Positions 40,533 through 54,045 of a stretch of 64,000 bases of DNA are shown here, one piece after another. The stretch spans positions 38,378,001 through 38,442,000 of the forward strand of contig OZ231126.1 of assembly GCA_965153355.1 (NCBI GenBank). Direction: 5' to 3'. This DNA is from Flaccisagitta enflata. Taxonomy: Eukaryota. The position numbers and the translations under genes were made by a program. Each line of letters opens with the position of its first letter. Position 1 is the stretch's first letter. Below the pieces are notes generated by a model. That model did no database searches. It worked only from the letters and a program-made list of their open reading frames with translations, and had not been told where the DNA came from.

Positions 40533-41157
40533 CACCATCCGTTCAAACTACCGCCAGGTGGCTTTTAGTATTACTCTCAATTTTTCGCTTGTTTATACTC
40601 AGGATGGACTTTCTGAACAAGGTTCTAGCTTCAAAGAAATCTTTCTTGTGGCGCCTTTTGAAAAAAATCCAAAATTGATAGTTTTTCATCATATTTTGCA
40701 CCTAGATTTTAGAGGGTTGTTAGAAAATTTTTTTAGAAAGCATATTTGAATTCTTGATGAAATTTCCTTTCATTTGATAGGTCGCACTACATAGTTTTTA
40801 AAAGAGATCAAATTTTCAATTTTTTAGCCACCGTTACAAATACTTACTTTTAGTAACGGTGGCTTAAAAATTAAAAATTTTATTCATTCTTAAAAATATA
40901 TAGTGCAACCTATCAAATGAAAGGAAATTTCATCAGGAATTCAAATATACTATTTAAAAGGATCTTCTAACAACCCTAAAAATTCTGAATACAAGATGAG
41001 ATAAAAAACTGTCAATTTTGGATTTTTTTCAAAAAGCGCTACAAGAAAGATTTCTTTGAAGCTGGATTCTAATTCAGGAGGTCCATATTGAGTGTAAACA
41101 AGCAGAAAATCTAGAGTAATACGAAAAACCACCTGGCGGTAGTTCAAACGGATGGTG
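40533..41157. mobile_element. Fold-back MITE
   Basis: CACCATCCGTTCAAACTACCGCCAGGTGG...CCACCTGGCGGTAGTTCAAACGGATGGTG, flanked by TAAA on both sides. Confidence 0.85.
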
Positions 41158-41220
41158 TAAACTTCATTAGTTCGATGCCGAGAGTGATAGGGAAGTTAGG
41201 CGACACTAGATGGCGCCAGA

Positions 41221-41679
41221 CAGGGGCGTAGGGCAGTTAAATTTTTTACTACTGCCAACCAAAATGGGTGTCCCGACAAGTTAAGTGTCCCAACAGAAGC
41301 TTAACTAGTGGTTTTTGCCCTAAAAACAAAGAAAACAATGATTCCTTCCATACTATATTTAGAAATACACTGTTTTTTGTTGATTAGTAAACAAATTGTT
41401 TTCAATTATCAACATTTCATGATAGTTTCTATATTGACCTAAACTTGTGATATAGAAGATTCATTCTTTCATTAATCAATCTTACAGATTTATCAACTAT
41501 GGTATTCATTTTATCTTTTATTTTAAATCGTTTTTTTCTCTTTTTTTTTCTTCCATTTTGCTTTTCTGCTTTTTTTAACTTTTTCTTTTTTTTTTAATTT
41601 TTTTAGTTTTACATTTTTTTGCCTCAATCTCAGTGTCTCTCTGTCTCTCTGTCTCTCTGTGTCTCTCTCTGTGTCTCTC

Positions 41680-41727
<48 letters not shown>

Positions 41728-41848
41728 TTCTTCCTTTTCCTCTTTATTTTTTTATTTTTTTTGACAAATTTGGTGTCCCGACAGCTTTGGTGTCCCGACA
41801 AAAGGTACTGCCATGGCAGTAGTGGCAGTACCTTCTCCTACGCCCCTG
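41221..41848. mobile_element. hAT MITE
   Basis: CAGGGGCGTAGG...CCTACGCCCCTG with perfect 8-bp TSD GCGCCAGA. Confidence 0.9.
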
Positions 41849-42859
41849 GCGCCAGATGATACGAAATGATTATCGAATAGAATGGTAAAGCGTTCGTAGC
41901 GAAGCAAATAATTCATCTTTACGATTCCGAGAGTGGCGCCATTCTAGATTTAGTTGGAGAAGTTGACGTTATGTCGCATCTATACAGCGTGAAAATTTTA
42001 CTAACAACAGGATGGGTACTTCTTTTGCTTTTAGCGACCGCAGAATATGAAAGGTAATTCTGGTTGGACTTGAATACTTCAGATGAGGAGAAAGAAACAG
42101 ACAATGTCAATGACAACTGTACTACTAATGATCGGATTGAACGATGATTCTCGAATGTAATGAGGCTGATGTAAATTACCGCGACTAAATGGCGTCAGAT
42201 GGGCAGATAAAACCGCCGAATGGTCAAATCAAGATCGTAATCTAAGCCAATTAATGGTTTCCGGAGTCAATGGCCGAGACTAAACGACGCCTGATGCGCC
42301 AAATTTAACATTTTTGACATCGATCGAATGCAGCGGTGCAGAATCGGGGGAGGGTTGCCTTCAGCTTTGGGAGATAAGAGATCGAAGTCAATGGTGCAGG
42401 GACGAGCGTAGGGTAGCCGTACGCGTTCCACATTGCCGAATATTCAAATCAGCAAACGCTTTCGTGATACCATCATAAACTAACATTGAATCACCCGCGG
42501 ACCGTATCAACCCCCTTCCCGTTACTCCCTATCGGTCCAATTTCATTTTTTCGAATGAGCTATTCTGACCGGACGATACTTGATATTGAGCCAACTGTAA
42601 CTTTATTGACGACTTCACCCACAACACGTGACGTAGTCCTTGCCTTTCTAATGTGAAGTCTTCTCTGTATGGAACTCCCTCTTTTCCCCGGAAGCACCCC
42701 TGCCATGATACAACCCGTATGCCTTCCGGTCAACGCATGTCTCATGCTGCAATTCTACATCGTGGCCAAATTGACCACCGATGCTTTGCACAATGCCGTG
42801 CCATTGGGATTGCCGCATTGGCTTCTTTTTGCCGTACCCCCAACTCTCTCTCTTTCTCT

Positions 42860-42911
<52 letters not shown>

Positions 42912-43331
42912 CATTTAACCTCCCTCTCTTGATGTTGGGTGCGGTGAATTTCCTTATTTCCGGTCCAAGCATTCGGTCGATTTTGACGTCATACGAAGAA
43001 AATCCCTCAACGAAATAAGGAAAAAGAAAAAATAATTGTTTTGTTAAGAATCGAAAATCTAAAAAAATAAGCCAGACCGGGCAACGATGCGTCCTATGAA
43101 GTTTTCTGGGGTTACCCTTTGATTGACAGAAGAACTCATGCTTTCAATTTTGCTATCCTCAACGTCTTGCTTTAAGATGAAGAATGGTCAATGGTAATTA
43201 ATTTGTGCAAGGCTTAGAGAGAGGTCACCAATTTGAAATAAGTGGACAAACATAAAACCATAGAAGGAAAAAGAATAAAGAACAAAATCAGACATAAAGA
43301 CAGGCAGACCGACAGAGAGAGAGATGGAATA

Positions 43332-43404
<73 letters not shown>

Positions 43405-43674
43405 GAGAAAGAAAGAAAGAAAGAGACAGAGAGATAGAGATAGAGACAGAGATTCAGCGATACAGGCTTACAGCGATGGTATTTTCAAGCAGGTGGAGCA
43501 GGGGATAGATTTGGGTTCAGAAATGGAATTTAGGAGATCGTACACAAAACTTTGAAGGTGAGTACGCAAGTAGATTCTTTTATTGTTTGAAGATGCGATT
43601 AATCTGTTTATTTCTCAACACCTTGCTCACCTTAGATACCAATCCAACAACCAGGCCCAGCATTAGTTGTTTTA

Positions 43675-44391
43675 CAGTGATATCCCGTTCTAGCGAATTT
43701 CTTAGGATTTACATATCTTTTTTGGGTGCAATAAAAAGAAGTTGAGAGGACATCCATTATAACAGGGTGTGCAAAAAATTTTGCAGTCAGTATATTGCTT
43801 AAAAACCCTACATGTTATTAAAGTTATAAGCTAAAATTTGATTCCAAGCATGTGAATTAGTTGTACTAAAAGAAGAAACCCAGATCAGCTTATAAAATTC
43901 CCATATATGTTATAATTTGTATCTTTGAAGAAACAGAAGAGGAGATTTTAAAATGATTTTATTAGCAGAGCTGTATTTCCTAATAAAAAAAAAGTTTTTA
44001 CTACCTCATTGGCCCTTAAATGATTTTTTTTTAAAGAAATGCATCAAGGGGAGAGAGTTAGGTCAAGCATGTGGGGTATCAGTCTACAAAAAATGATATA
44101 TCAATTAAATCTAGATGAAAGATAAACATCATTCACATTTTAGTCACATTCTATTTATATTTCATTCATTTTTGAAATGGAAACATAATCTGCTGTCAAC
44201 TATACCCACACTTATTCTTCATCTAAAGTAAGAAAATAACCTAATTTATAACTTTGAGCATTAGCTTGAAGAAATGTCTTCAATTATCTGATTTTTGTTT
44301 TTGTAAAAATAATGATGAGTGCAAAATTTTTTGCACACTCTTTTAGACAGAATTCCGTTAGTGGTGGGTTCGTTAGATCGGGGTTTGACTG
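43675..44391. mobile_element. pogo-like MITE containing a nested Tc1-like MITE (~43763-44341)
   Basis: Outer TA|CAGTGATATCCCGTTCTAGCG...CGTTAGATCGGGGTTTGACTG|TA, with related short copies at ~49345-49487 and ~52686-52850. Inner AGGGTGTGCAAAAAATTTTGCA...TGCAAAATTTTTTGCACACTCT. Confidence 0.65.
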
Positions 44392-44773
44392 TAACCATAT
44401 TAGTTTATCAAGTGTAAGCGAGTAGAAGAGCCTCCGGATGTTCTTACAGACTTGCGAATTTGTTTTTAAGCATAACTGCCCCTGCCCACCCGTCCGCGAC
44501 TGATTGCGGCCTTGTAACCGGCCTTGGTATGAATTGATCATCACCGTTTGGTTATTAGTCTTGAGCTACTGTGACCATTATGATGCCCCAGAACACGAAA
44601 CGTGTGCGGAAAAAAAGATAGGCGTCATGCTCAATTACGTAGTATGTCCATCGGCGGGTCTCTGTCTGTTCATCTCTCCGTCTCTGTTTGTCTGTCTTTG
44701 CAACTCTCCGTCTCTGTTTGTCTGTTTGTCTGTCTGTTTGTCTGTTTGTCTGTTTTTTACTGTCTGTTTTTTA

Positions 44774-44868
<95 letters not shown>

Positions 44869-44932
44869 ATTTTCACTATCCCGCCTCTTAGGCCAAAGAA
44901 CACAAAATGATTATCTTGCAGTCAATCTCGTT

Positions 44933-45022
<90 letters not shown>

Positions 45023-45160
45023 AAAAAGGAGAGAATGAATCAGAATTCGAGAATAAAGGAAGAAGTAGGAGGAAAGCACAAAAACTGATTTCCAGACGAT
45101 AAGCAAGGAAAATTAAAAGAATTGAGTGAAAACAGCTTCAGAGCAACAACGAAACAGAGA

Positions 45161-45270
<110 letters not shown>

Positions 45271-45342
45271 ATTCCGCCCACGCACCTCTACTTGTCATCC
45301 CAACCGATGTTCGTCATTCCGCCTAAAACCAAAAGGCAGATA

Positions 45343-45921
45343 CAGTACCTTCCGAGCAAACCCGGGAGGATCAATTTTTTACATTTCCAAACTTCATTTT
45401 TTGTACATAACTTAATTAAAGATACATTTTTGAACATATTTGCTGTAAAATAACTCGTGAAATCAGTATAATATCAATATTGAGTGTTCTAACCCAGACT
45501 ATTGGATTTGGCAGAAAATTTTACCTATCCTAGACTACCAGAACAGCTCAGTCAGATAATTACTTCAGATTTTATAGCTATTTAAAGTTTTTAAGGACAA
45601 TTGTCTCAAAATAATTTAGGACAATTGTCCTTACAAATTTTAAATGACCATAAAATCTGAAATAATTGTCTGACTGAGCTGTTCTTGTAGTCTAGGATAG
45701 GTAAAATTTTCTGCCAAATCCAATGGTCTGGGTTAGAACACTCAATATTGATGTCTTCATGCACTTTGATTTCACGAGTTATTTTTTTTTACAGCCAAAT
45801 ATGTTCAAGGAATTAAGTATCTTTTAATTAAGTTTGATGCAAAAAATGAAGTTTGAGAAATGAAATTAAAGTAACAAAAATTAATCCTCCAGTTTTAAAC
45901 GGGTTTGCTCGGAAGGTACTG
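45343..45921. mobile_element. Fold-back Tc1/mariner-type MITE
   Basis: TA|CAGTACCTTCCGAGCAAACCCG...CGGGTTTGCTCGGAAGGTACTG|TA, with arms pairing to the centre. Confidence 0.9.
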
Positions 45922-46698
45922 TACTTTGGAGGTTTCCGGTTTTCTTGTCCTTTTTTTTCGTCTTTCTTCCTGGAAGGGGGGGGGTTACTTGCCCCATAAA
46001 TGCAAACACGTTCATACTCGAATTTTTCAGAGCCAGAAAATGATGGTATATGAATATATCATGCCATACTTTCAGTATGGCTGATGTTTGCCTGATGGGT
46101 CAATTTTTTTTGTAAGCAAAGTCCAATTTTAGTGATCAGATCTCGCGCACAGGCGTTCACCACCACAAAGATATTTCTGTGTGGGCCGGGACCTTTGACT
46201 TTTGCAAGTCTTGGATTTTTGACTTCGACTAGAACGTTAACTCCATGCTTGGCCTTATTGGCCGTGCTTAATATCGACATGAAGAGGAGAACCCCTTTTG
46301 CATCGGACGATTCCTCCGTGGTAGGTAAGTAGGTTGTTTAAGATGAATATGAGTGATTTTTTGTTTTGTTATTTTAAGCAGTTAATCGCGAGCCGGCGAT
46401 TCGACGCCGCCATAAATCTGTCTTTTTTTTTCATTTCGAAAATTTGAAAGTCCTCACTGACGATTTATGTTCAATTACGTCGCCATTGAGTCTATCCAGG
46501 GTAGAAAATGTACAAAAACAATCGTAAATATAACATTACGTCGGCTACGGTTTTTCCTTTTCTTCACCATCTTTCTTTTCTTTTTAGTTGCGGACACGCA
46601 ACTCTATAAGAGGCTTAGTCCGTCCGTCCGTCGGTCCGTTGGTCTGAGAGCACGAGTCGATAAGTGGGAAAACGAGTGTTTCAGTAGCTTTTTGTGTA

Positions 46699-47207
46699 CA
46701 GTAGATGTCGTCTAGACTTGGAAATACGGGGGAGCTCATAACCTGAGCATCAGTATAGTGAGGGGACTGATATTTTTCTGATATGATGTATAGACCTTAA
46801 GGGGTTGACGATGGGGTATGGCATCCCCCTACGGCTTACCCTAGAAAAAAAACATAAAGTATAAAATTTTAGGATCAATCATTTTTTTTGCAGAATTTCA
46901 GCTTCATTCATTTGCTTAAAGTGCAAAACCTGTCTAAGATTCGAACCTGGAACCTTTGACTAAATAATCTGATCAAGACAAATCCAAAGTCAAGTAAGTT
47001 AACCACTAGACCAATTCTAGAAACTGATTCAAATAACCGAATTTGATTTAGTATATTTAAAAGAATTTTCTATTAACAGAGCTGCCATACCCCATCGTCA
47101 ACCCTATAGGACATAAGCATTATACACACACAGTTTCATTTCATTTGCACAAAAGGTAATTAAGATATGAGGGCCCCCGTATTTCCAAGTATAGACGACA
47201 TCTACTG
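46699..47207. mobile_element. TA-flanked MITE with a second MITE nested at ~46801-47105, both inside a HINE copy
   Basis: TA|CAGTAGATGTCGTCTAGACTTGGAAATACGGGG...CCCCGTATTTCCAAGTATAGACGACATCTACTG|TA. Inner GGGTTGACGATGGGGTATGGCA...TGCCATACCCCATCGTCAACCC. Confidence 0.85.
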
Positions 47208-47726
47208 TATGTGTCTGTGTTGGAAGGGGGGTTGGGTGGGGTGTTGGGTGTGGATGGGGGTTGGCTGCCCCTGCCCACCCGTCCGCAACGATATTGTGAC
47301 CCCGCGTCACTTGTTCTTTTCTACATTTTTTTACCATTTTCTAATGTCTAACAAGGCCGATTGCACGATTTTTTTACGTTTCAAGTAGTCGCTTTTAAGT
47401 GGGCAGGGGGCAGAAATGTGGAAGACATCACTTTTTCACTTGATTTCACGCCATCGTAACAAATAGGTTACTGCGTTTAGTATGGACCAACCCACGGACA
47501 CACGGACACACTTACCTGAAGAATCTCTTGACAAGTGACTAAAAACACAATAACAATACCGATAACAACAACAATAATAACAACCCGACCAACTCGTTGC
47601 CCTTTACAATACAGAGGTACAGAGGTTGCTGAGAAAAACTATCCCTCTTTGCCCATTGTCTAATCTTGAAATGGCATCTCATATTCGGCGGCAAATTTTC
47701 AAAAGAAAGTAAGAAAGAAAGAAAAA

Positions 47727-47774
<48 letters not shown>

Positions 47775-47885
47775 GATTGAGTGGTCCGCGGATTTCGTTT
47801 TAGAACCTTATTAGCAATTCGATCTTTTCCGAGCTTTTTGCAACAGGCACATTCATGCCCCGCCCGAACCTAATGAGGACGCATG

Positions 47886-47976
<91 letters not shown>

Positions 47977-48059
47977 CAGACAGACGTAGACAGAAGTCGA
48001 ACAGGGAGACAGTCTTACAGAATACAGATACAAACATGGTGCACATAGTAACATACACA

Positions 48060-48485
48060 CAATACATCAACAAGTCTCCCAAGGGCAATATGTGGTCAGC
48101 GATTCCCGTTGACCTGCTTTGCATGGTTGTAAATTGGTATGAGAGGAAGCAGGGCAGTGGCCTCAAAGGGGAAGAAGTTCTGTAGAACACAGGGGGACTT
48201 TTGTTTGTCCGTCCGTCCATCAGTCCCCCCAGGCCCTCTCAGGCCTGAAATCTGCCTGAAATCTACCAGATTCAAGGCCTGAGAGGAAAGGTTTCCGGAC
48301 TGAGAGGGCAGATTTCAGGCCTGAGAGGGCATATTAAAGGCCTGAGAGTGCAGATTATAGATGTGAAATGACCGATTTCAGGCCTGAGAGGGCCAGGGGG
48401 GACTAATAAACGAATGGACAAACTGATAAACAAAAGTCTCCCTGTGTTCTACAGGACTTTGTCCCCTTCGGGGCCGCTGCCCAAA
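48060..48485. repeat. Dispersed repeat family with AGGCCTGA subrepeats
   Basis: Shared CCCTGTGTTCTACAGGAC..GGGGCCGCTGCC motif and CAGGCCTGAAA units. Related copies at ~19840-20230 and ~62590-62995. Confidence 0.65.
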
Positions 48486-49207
48486 AAGCCGAAGCAGAAA
48501 CCGAGAATGTCTAAGGTGCAAGAGAAAGCATACCCAGATAACCCAATCATTATCAAGTCAACGTTGCATTGTATCAAAACCAGGCAAGGAGGGCTAGAAG
48601 TTGCGCCTGGAGCCCGTTACTATCTGAATGACTGACCGACCGACCGACCGACATACATACAGCCCAACCGGTTAATCGACCAACCGGCCGACAGGCGTTT
48701 GCGCGTCTATGGATAAAAGACTTTATAAATTTTTTTGTGTTTTGTTTGAACATTCCGTGTTATCAGGCTGACTCTCCATTAAGTAACGAAAACCCCAGTC
48801 AGCCTTTAGGCTTTGCCCATACGGAGGGATAGCTGACCTAACGGGCGAGAGATACGCAATGGTAAGGCAAGGCGGGTAAAACTCTGCCGCGCAACACGAA
48901 TTCGCGCTGAAGGCAGATTGACCGTTGACAAGATAATAGACACCCTTGGTTACAGCCAGAGGTAATCATTATTCCTTGAATTCAGAGGAAGTTGTAAACA
49001 AAAGATTATCAAGGGAAAAAAAAGGTAAGAAAGAAAAACAGAAAGAAAGAAACAGGAAAAGCAAAGAATCAACTGAACAACTGCGAAACAAAAGGTGAAA
49101 AGAAAATTAATGGAGAAGGAAATGTCCATTTGGCATCTATTAGGATGTAAAACTGCCAAATGCAGATGAGGTAGAGATGATTAGTGGTCACCCGATACGG
49201 AACGAAG

Positions 49208-49316
<109 letters not shown>

Positions 49317-49878
49317 GAGTGTATGGTCAAAGCTGAAGATTCTACAGTTGAATCCTGCTCTAACGGATTTCAAGGGACTAACAAATATAATCTGTTATAG
49401 GCGGAATTCTGTTTAAAAAAAAAGTGAAATAAATGGTGAATTTGCATCGATTATAGACGGAATTCCGTTAGAGCGGGGTTCAACTGTTCTACGCGAATTA
49501 AAAAAAAAGACGCCCCTTTGCATCTGCCAATAAAACTGGTTCAAAAAGCTCCACAAACATTTATTAGTCAAACTGATTACAAAGATTTTCAAAAGATCTT
49601 TCATTCTAGACCAATCCCAAGTCTCTATCTTTGACCGTTTAGGAGCTAGAGTCAGTCAAAGTGAAAGACCATTTTGCTCAAATGCATTTTTTTCTGTGCA
49701 ACTGCAAAAATGAAATAAGCAAAGCTTTTTCTCAAACTAATGCCATTCCCATACGAAAAAAGAGCTTTCTAACGACCCAGAATTTTATGAGCTTTTCAAA
49801 TCTGCGTCTTTTTTTTAATTCGCGTAGTATGTGGTAAGAAAGCAGGAAAGAAGAGGAAGAGAAACAAAATGGGGAAGA

Positions 49879-49964
<86 letters not shown>

Positions 49965-51206
49965 GCAACAACAACAACAACGAAGTCTATTTGCAAATAG
50001 TAATACCGTAATACCCCTATTGTTTCATGTATCACCCTTCATTTTTCTTGCGCCATGGCAGCGCGGCAAAAACCTTGTATCTTCTTTATCGCGAATACGC
50101 GACTCTATAGACTATGAGCCAATTTTTGGTCGGTCCCTCTATCGGTCGCGGCTACTTTTCGAGGTTGTGCGCTCCTGCCCATCCGCCTGCGACAACAGTG
50201 AAGAACCGCTAGAGCACATCCGTTATCAAGGCATAAAACATGCTGTCCAATCAACGATTTTGTTGTTATTTTTGTATTGGCTTCTCTATAGGGCAAAATT
50301 TTGCCCAGTCCCTGGGGACGCGCTTTCGTGAAGCGTAATTGTATCAGGCAGAAGACGCATACGCGCATCCTTGCTCATTTTCAAAGTTTTTCAAATAGCT
50401 AACCAATAACAAAGGCACTATATTAAAGACAAACTTCAAAGCGCTTCTACGGGGGTTCTCTGACCTCAAGGCCTGGGCAAAAGATGCTGATGCTAATTGT
50501 GTATTCGCTCATGATCCCCCCATCGCGAGCTCCACGCACTCCGCGGTACGATGGAATCGCTTTCGTAGGTTTCTTCGTTTTGGCCCCGATTTCTTCCCTC
50601 TCCTACCATTCCTTTCTTTTCGGGCCGACCCCAGAAAAAAAAAGTTTGAAGGGGGACGAATTATGTACGACGTGGTTTTGGTCCAATGAAGATGGCCCGA
50701 CTCACGACGACGAAAAAGACGACCTACCGATTCGTTTCAGCAGAAGGGCTACAGAAAGGTCTCTCTCTCTTTCTCTCTGATTCTTGGTACATTGGAATAA
50801 ATTAGGACAGGGTAATGGACTAATGGTCAAAGTTTGTTCCTTGTACAACCCCCACCCGGGCATTGATCGCGGGCTTTTGAGGCCCGACGTGATAAATGAT
50901 TGCATGTAAATGAACTCGAGGTTTCTTTGTTCCTAATGAACTCGTCATCTCTACAAAAAGAAAAAAACACGCATCGAATATAAAGGCAACAAAACCGCCA
51001 CACCTAGATAAGCAAACGGTTTTCAGCGTTCATCGGTGACCTTCCTGAACGGATCCATCGGCGACAGAAAACTATGCTATTAGTAATTTAGTATATGATA
51101 ACGAACACATCTTTCATCCCTTTACGTTGTTTTTTTTTCACATTTTGATGTCCACAAAACTGCGATTCGCCAGTGCGGTGTCAAACCGCCAAAGAAATGT
51201 TGCTCA

Positions 51207-51381
51207 AATGCACTGCATTGTTATGTCAAGTATGTCAACAAAAAGGATCTATTACTGATGGCAAAGTTAGATCTGCTCACTTTTGCACATTACGAATATG
51301 TGCACTGCATTGTTATGTCAAGTATGTCAACAAAAAGGATCTATTACTGATGTCAAAGTAAGATCTGCTCAATTTTGCACA
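51207..51381. repeat. ~93-bp tandem duplication
   Basis: TGCACTGCATTGTTATGTCAAGTATGTCAACAAAAAGGATCTATTACTGATG occurs twice in tandem. Confidence 0.9.
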
Positions 51382-51764
51382 GTACGAAGGAATGCATCGA
51401 ATCTTTCCCAAGACAGCCAATACCTTGAATTTCGAGTTTTTGACCCAAGTTTCCCAGGAAAATGAGTCACCTTGAGTAAACAATTGAAAAATGTTTTCAT
51501 AAAAATAGAGATGTTTTTAAAAAACAAAAGTTTAAAGAGTTATATCGTCCAGAGTCTGGACTCCATACACACACACAACGAGCATCCGCACACAAACACG
51601 AGAATCAACATACAGACATGAGCATGAACATACAAACACAAGCATCTACACACAAACAAAAGTACGTGCGCAAACGTACGCAAGCGCGGGCAAACAACAA
51701 CGATCACTTCCGCTGACAGGGATTTGCAAACATCTGGATTATTCAATGGTTTGCCATGGGCAAT

Positions 51765-51859
<95 letters not shown>

Positions 51860-52167
51860 ATGGTTACATTCTCATGAATGTAGTAACAAGGCCGGATACA
51901 CGGCAATCCAGTCGCGGACGGTTGGGCAGGAGCAGTAATGCAAAAACCGCTCGGAATTCAAAAATGTGACGGACCGACCGACCTACCGACCGACACGGCA
52001 AGGTGTAGAGTCGCGTGTCCGCGACTAAAAATTTCAATGAACAGATGGTTTAATAAACAGATGGTTTACTCCTAGTTAAGTCTTCATCTCATTCAATAGT
52101 ATTGACCAATTTCTTCACGTGTGTGGAATCAAGTCACGCAGCTGCTATTACCGTCGCTTAGAAACGC

Positions 52168-52341
<174 letters not shown>

Positions 52342-52567
52342 TTTCCTTTGTGTTGATAATCTCTTACTTTTTCTTTGATTAGCTTTTCAGATGACGTATG
52401 GACACGAATACATTGACATATTAATCAACGGCCGCGCGCGTTGATAGCATATTTGCATTTCTTCCGGCGTCAGTCGCTAGGAGGAGGCGCAGAATGACAA
52501 ACAATTGGAAAATCAATCTTTTGTTTGCGCTGCGCTTGTCATTGCTCCGTAATTTCTGAGGTCATTT

Positions 52568-52667
<100 letters not shown>

Positions 52668-54045
52668 ATGGTTACTTCTCCTGTACGGTTAAACCCCGCA
52701 ATAACGTATGTCAATAGATGAACAAATTCTGTCCTTCATAGTTAGATTTTTGACATTGCCAATATAAAAATGAAAAGAAATAACATGAAATTACCAAGTT
52801 TTTAGGTCCATTATGGGCGAATTTCCATTATTCTAGCGGGGTTTAACTTCACTATACTACTTTTTCCTTCTGTTCTTTTTGTTCTTGGTTTTCCTCTCGT
52901 GCTTTAGATACTTTTAGGGTATGTTTGCGCGTGGGAGGGTTATGGGCTGGGGGTTTGGGTGTGGATAGAGGTTGGAGGCCCCTGCCCACCCGTCGCCAAC
53001 GATATTGTGACCTCGCTACACTTGTTCTTAATTTTGACTATTGATTCGATAGTGACTTAGTGTCCTCATGCGGTATTGGGTGTCTGCATTACGCTTAGGG
53101 TTGCTTTGAAAGCAATGCTTTCATAAGCTAGGATAGGTATTGTTATGAAAGTTGGACAACATTACTGCTCAACCCTTGTCTTACTTAAGGATGAGGGCCT
53201 CTGGATCTTACGTAACCTAACGTTTGATAATAATCAAGAGTTGAATAATAAGAATCCATTTGATCAGTGACACAGTATCCATTATCTGAATGACAATGCT
53301 TTCGATTGACGAAAGAAACTTCCCCCACATCTATCATCAAGCGATTGTTTAACAAATAAACAATTATTGTATCACAATTTGATCGCGCAGTTCCTAGAAC
53401 ATCCAATCAATTAAAGATATATTCGTCAATTGGAAGGTGTCAGGGATCTAGATTCCGCATTTGCCAAAGGCGTAACGTAAATCAATGCTTGGTTGCAATT
53501 GCATTCATTTATTAGCTGTTTTAATCGTAAGTGTAATCGAAGGTTATAAAGAAAAGCACATGCTTTCGATTGCGTTTTCCTCCTTGGTAAATAACTTAGT
53601 TAATAAGGCTTTCCATTTGTCAGTCTCTTGGTCTGTAGCATTTATGGTCTACATGGGAATTCGTCCGCTGCACCTGTCCAGCTGCATGAAATCATTTCAT
53701 TAGGGTTGTTCCATTAGTACTTTTAAGATACTATATATGGAAATTTCAAGTCACGTACATGCTTCTCACAGCAACAAAGATCATAAATGAATATCAAGCA
53801 TTCTCCTTTAGTCCATTAAGTATCAGCCGCTCCAGTTAAGCAAGCCTGATTGGAGATGCACCATTTTCTTGAGACCTGTTCACTGGCGCGTTATCAAAGA
53901 CACGCAATAAGCGAGGTCTCCAGCTTAAAAGCTAGGCAACTAATCAATCATAAAACCAATTCATAACCGATGAGTTGTTGCATGACAGCCTATACGTACC
54001 TAATCCTCAATAGAAAAAAAAGTAAGATAGAAACGAATTGTAAAA

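Noticed and set aside
46059-46332. Opposing short ORFs (73 and 66 aa)
   Set aside because: No recognisable domain and no phase-consistent neighbouring exons.
53050-53520. Possible decayed LINE fragment on the minus strand
   Set aside because: Only one weak motif (TIPILAYES) amid many stops, which is not enough to call.
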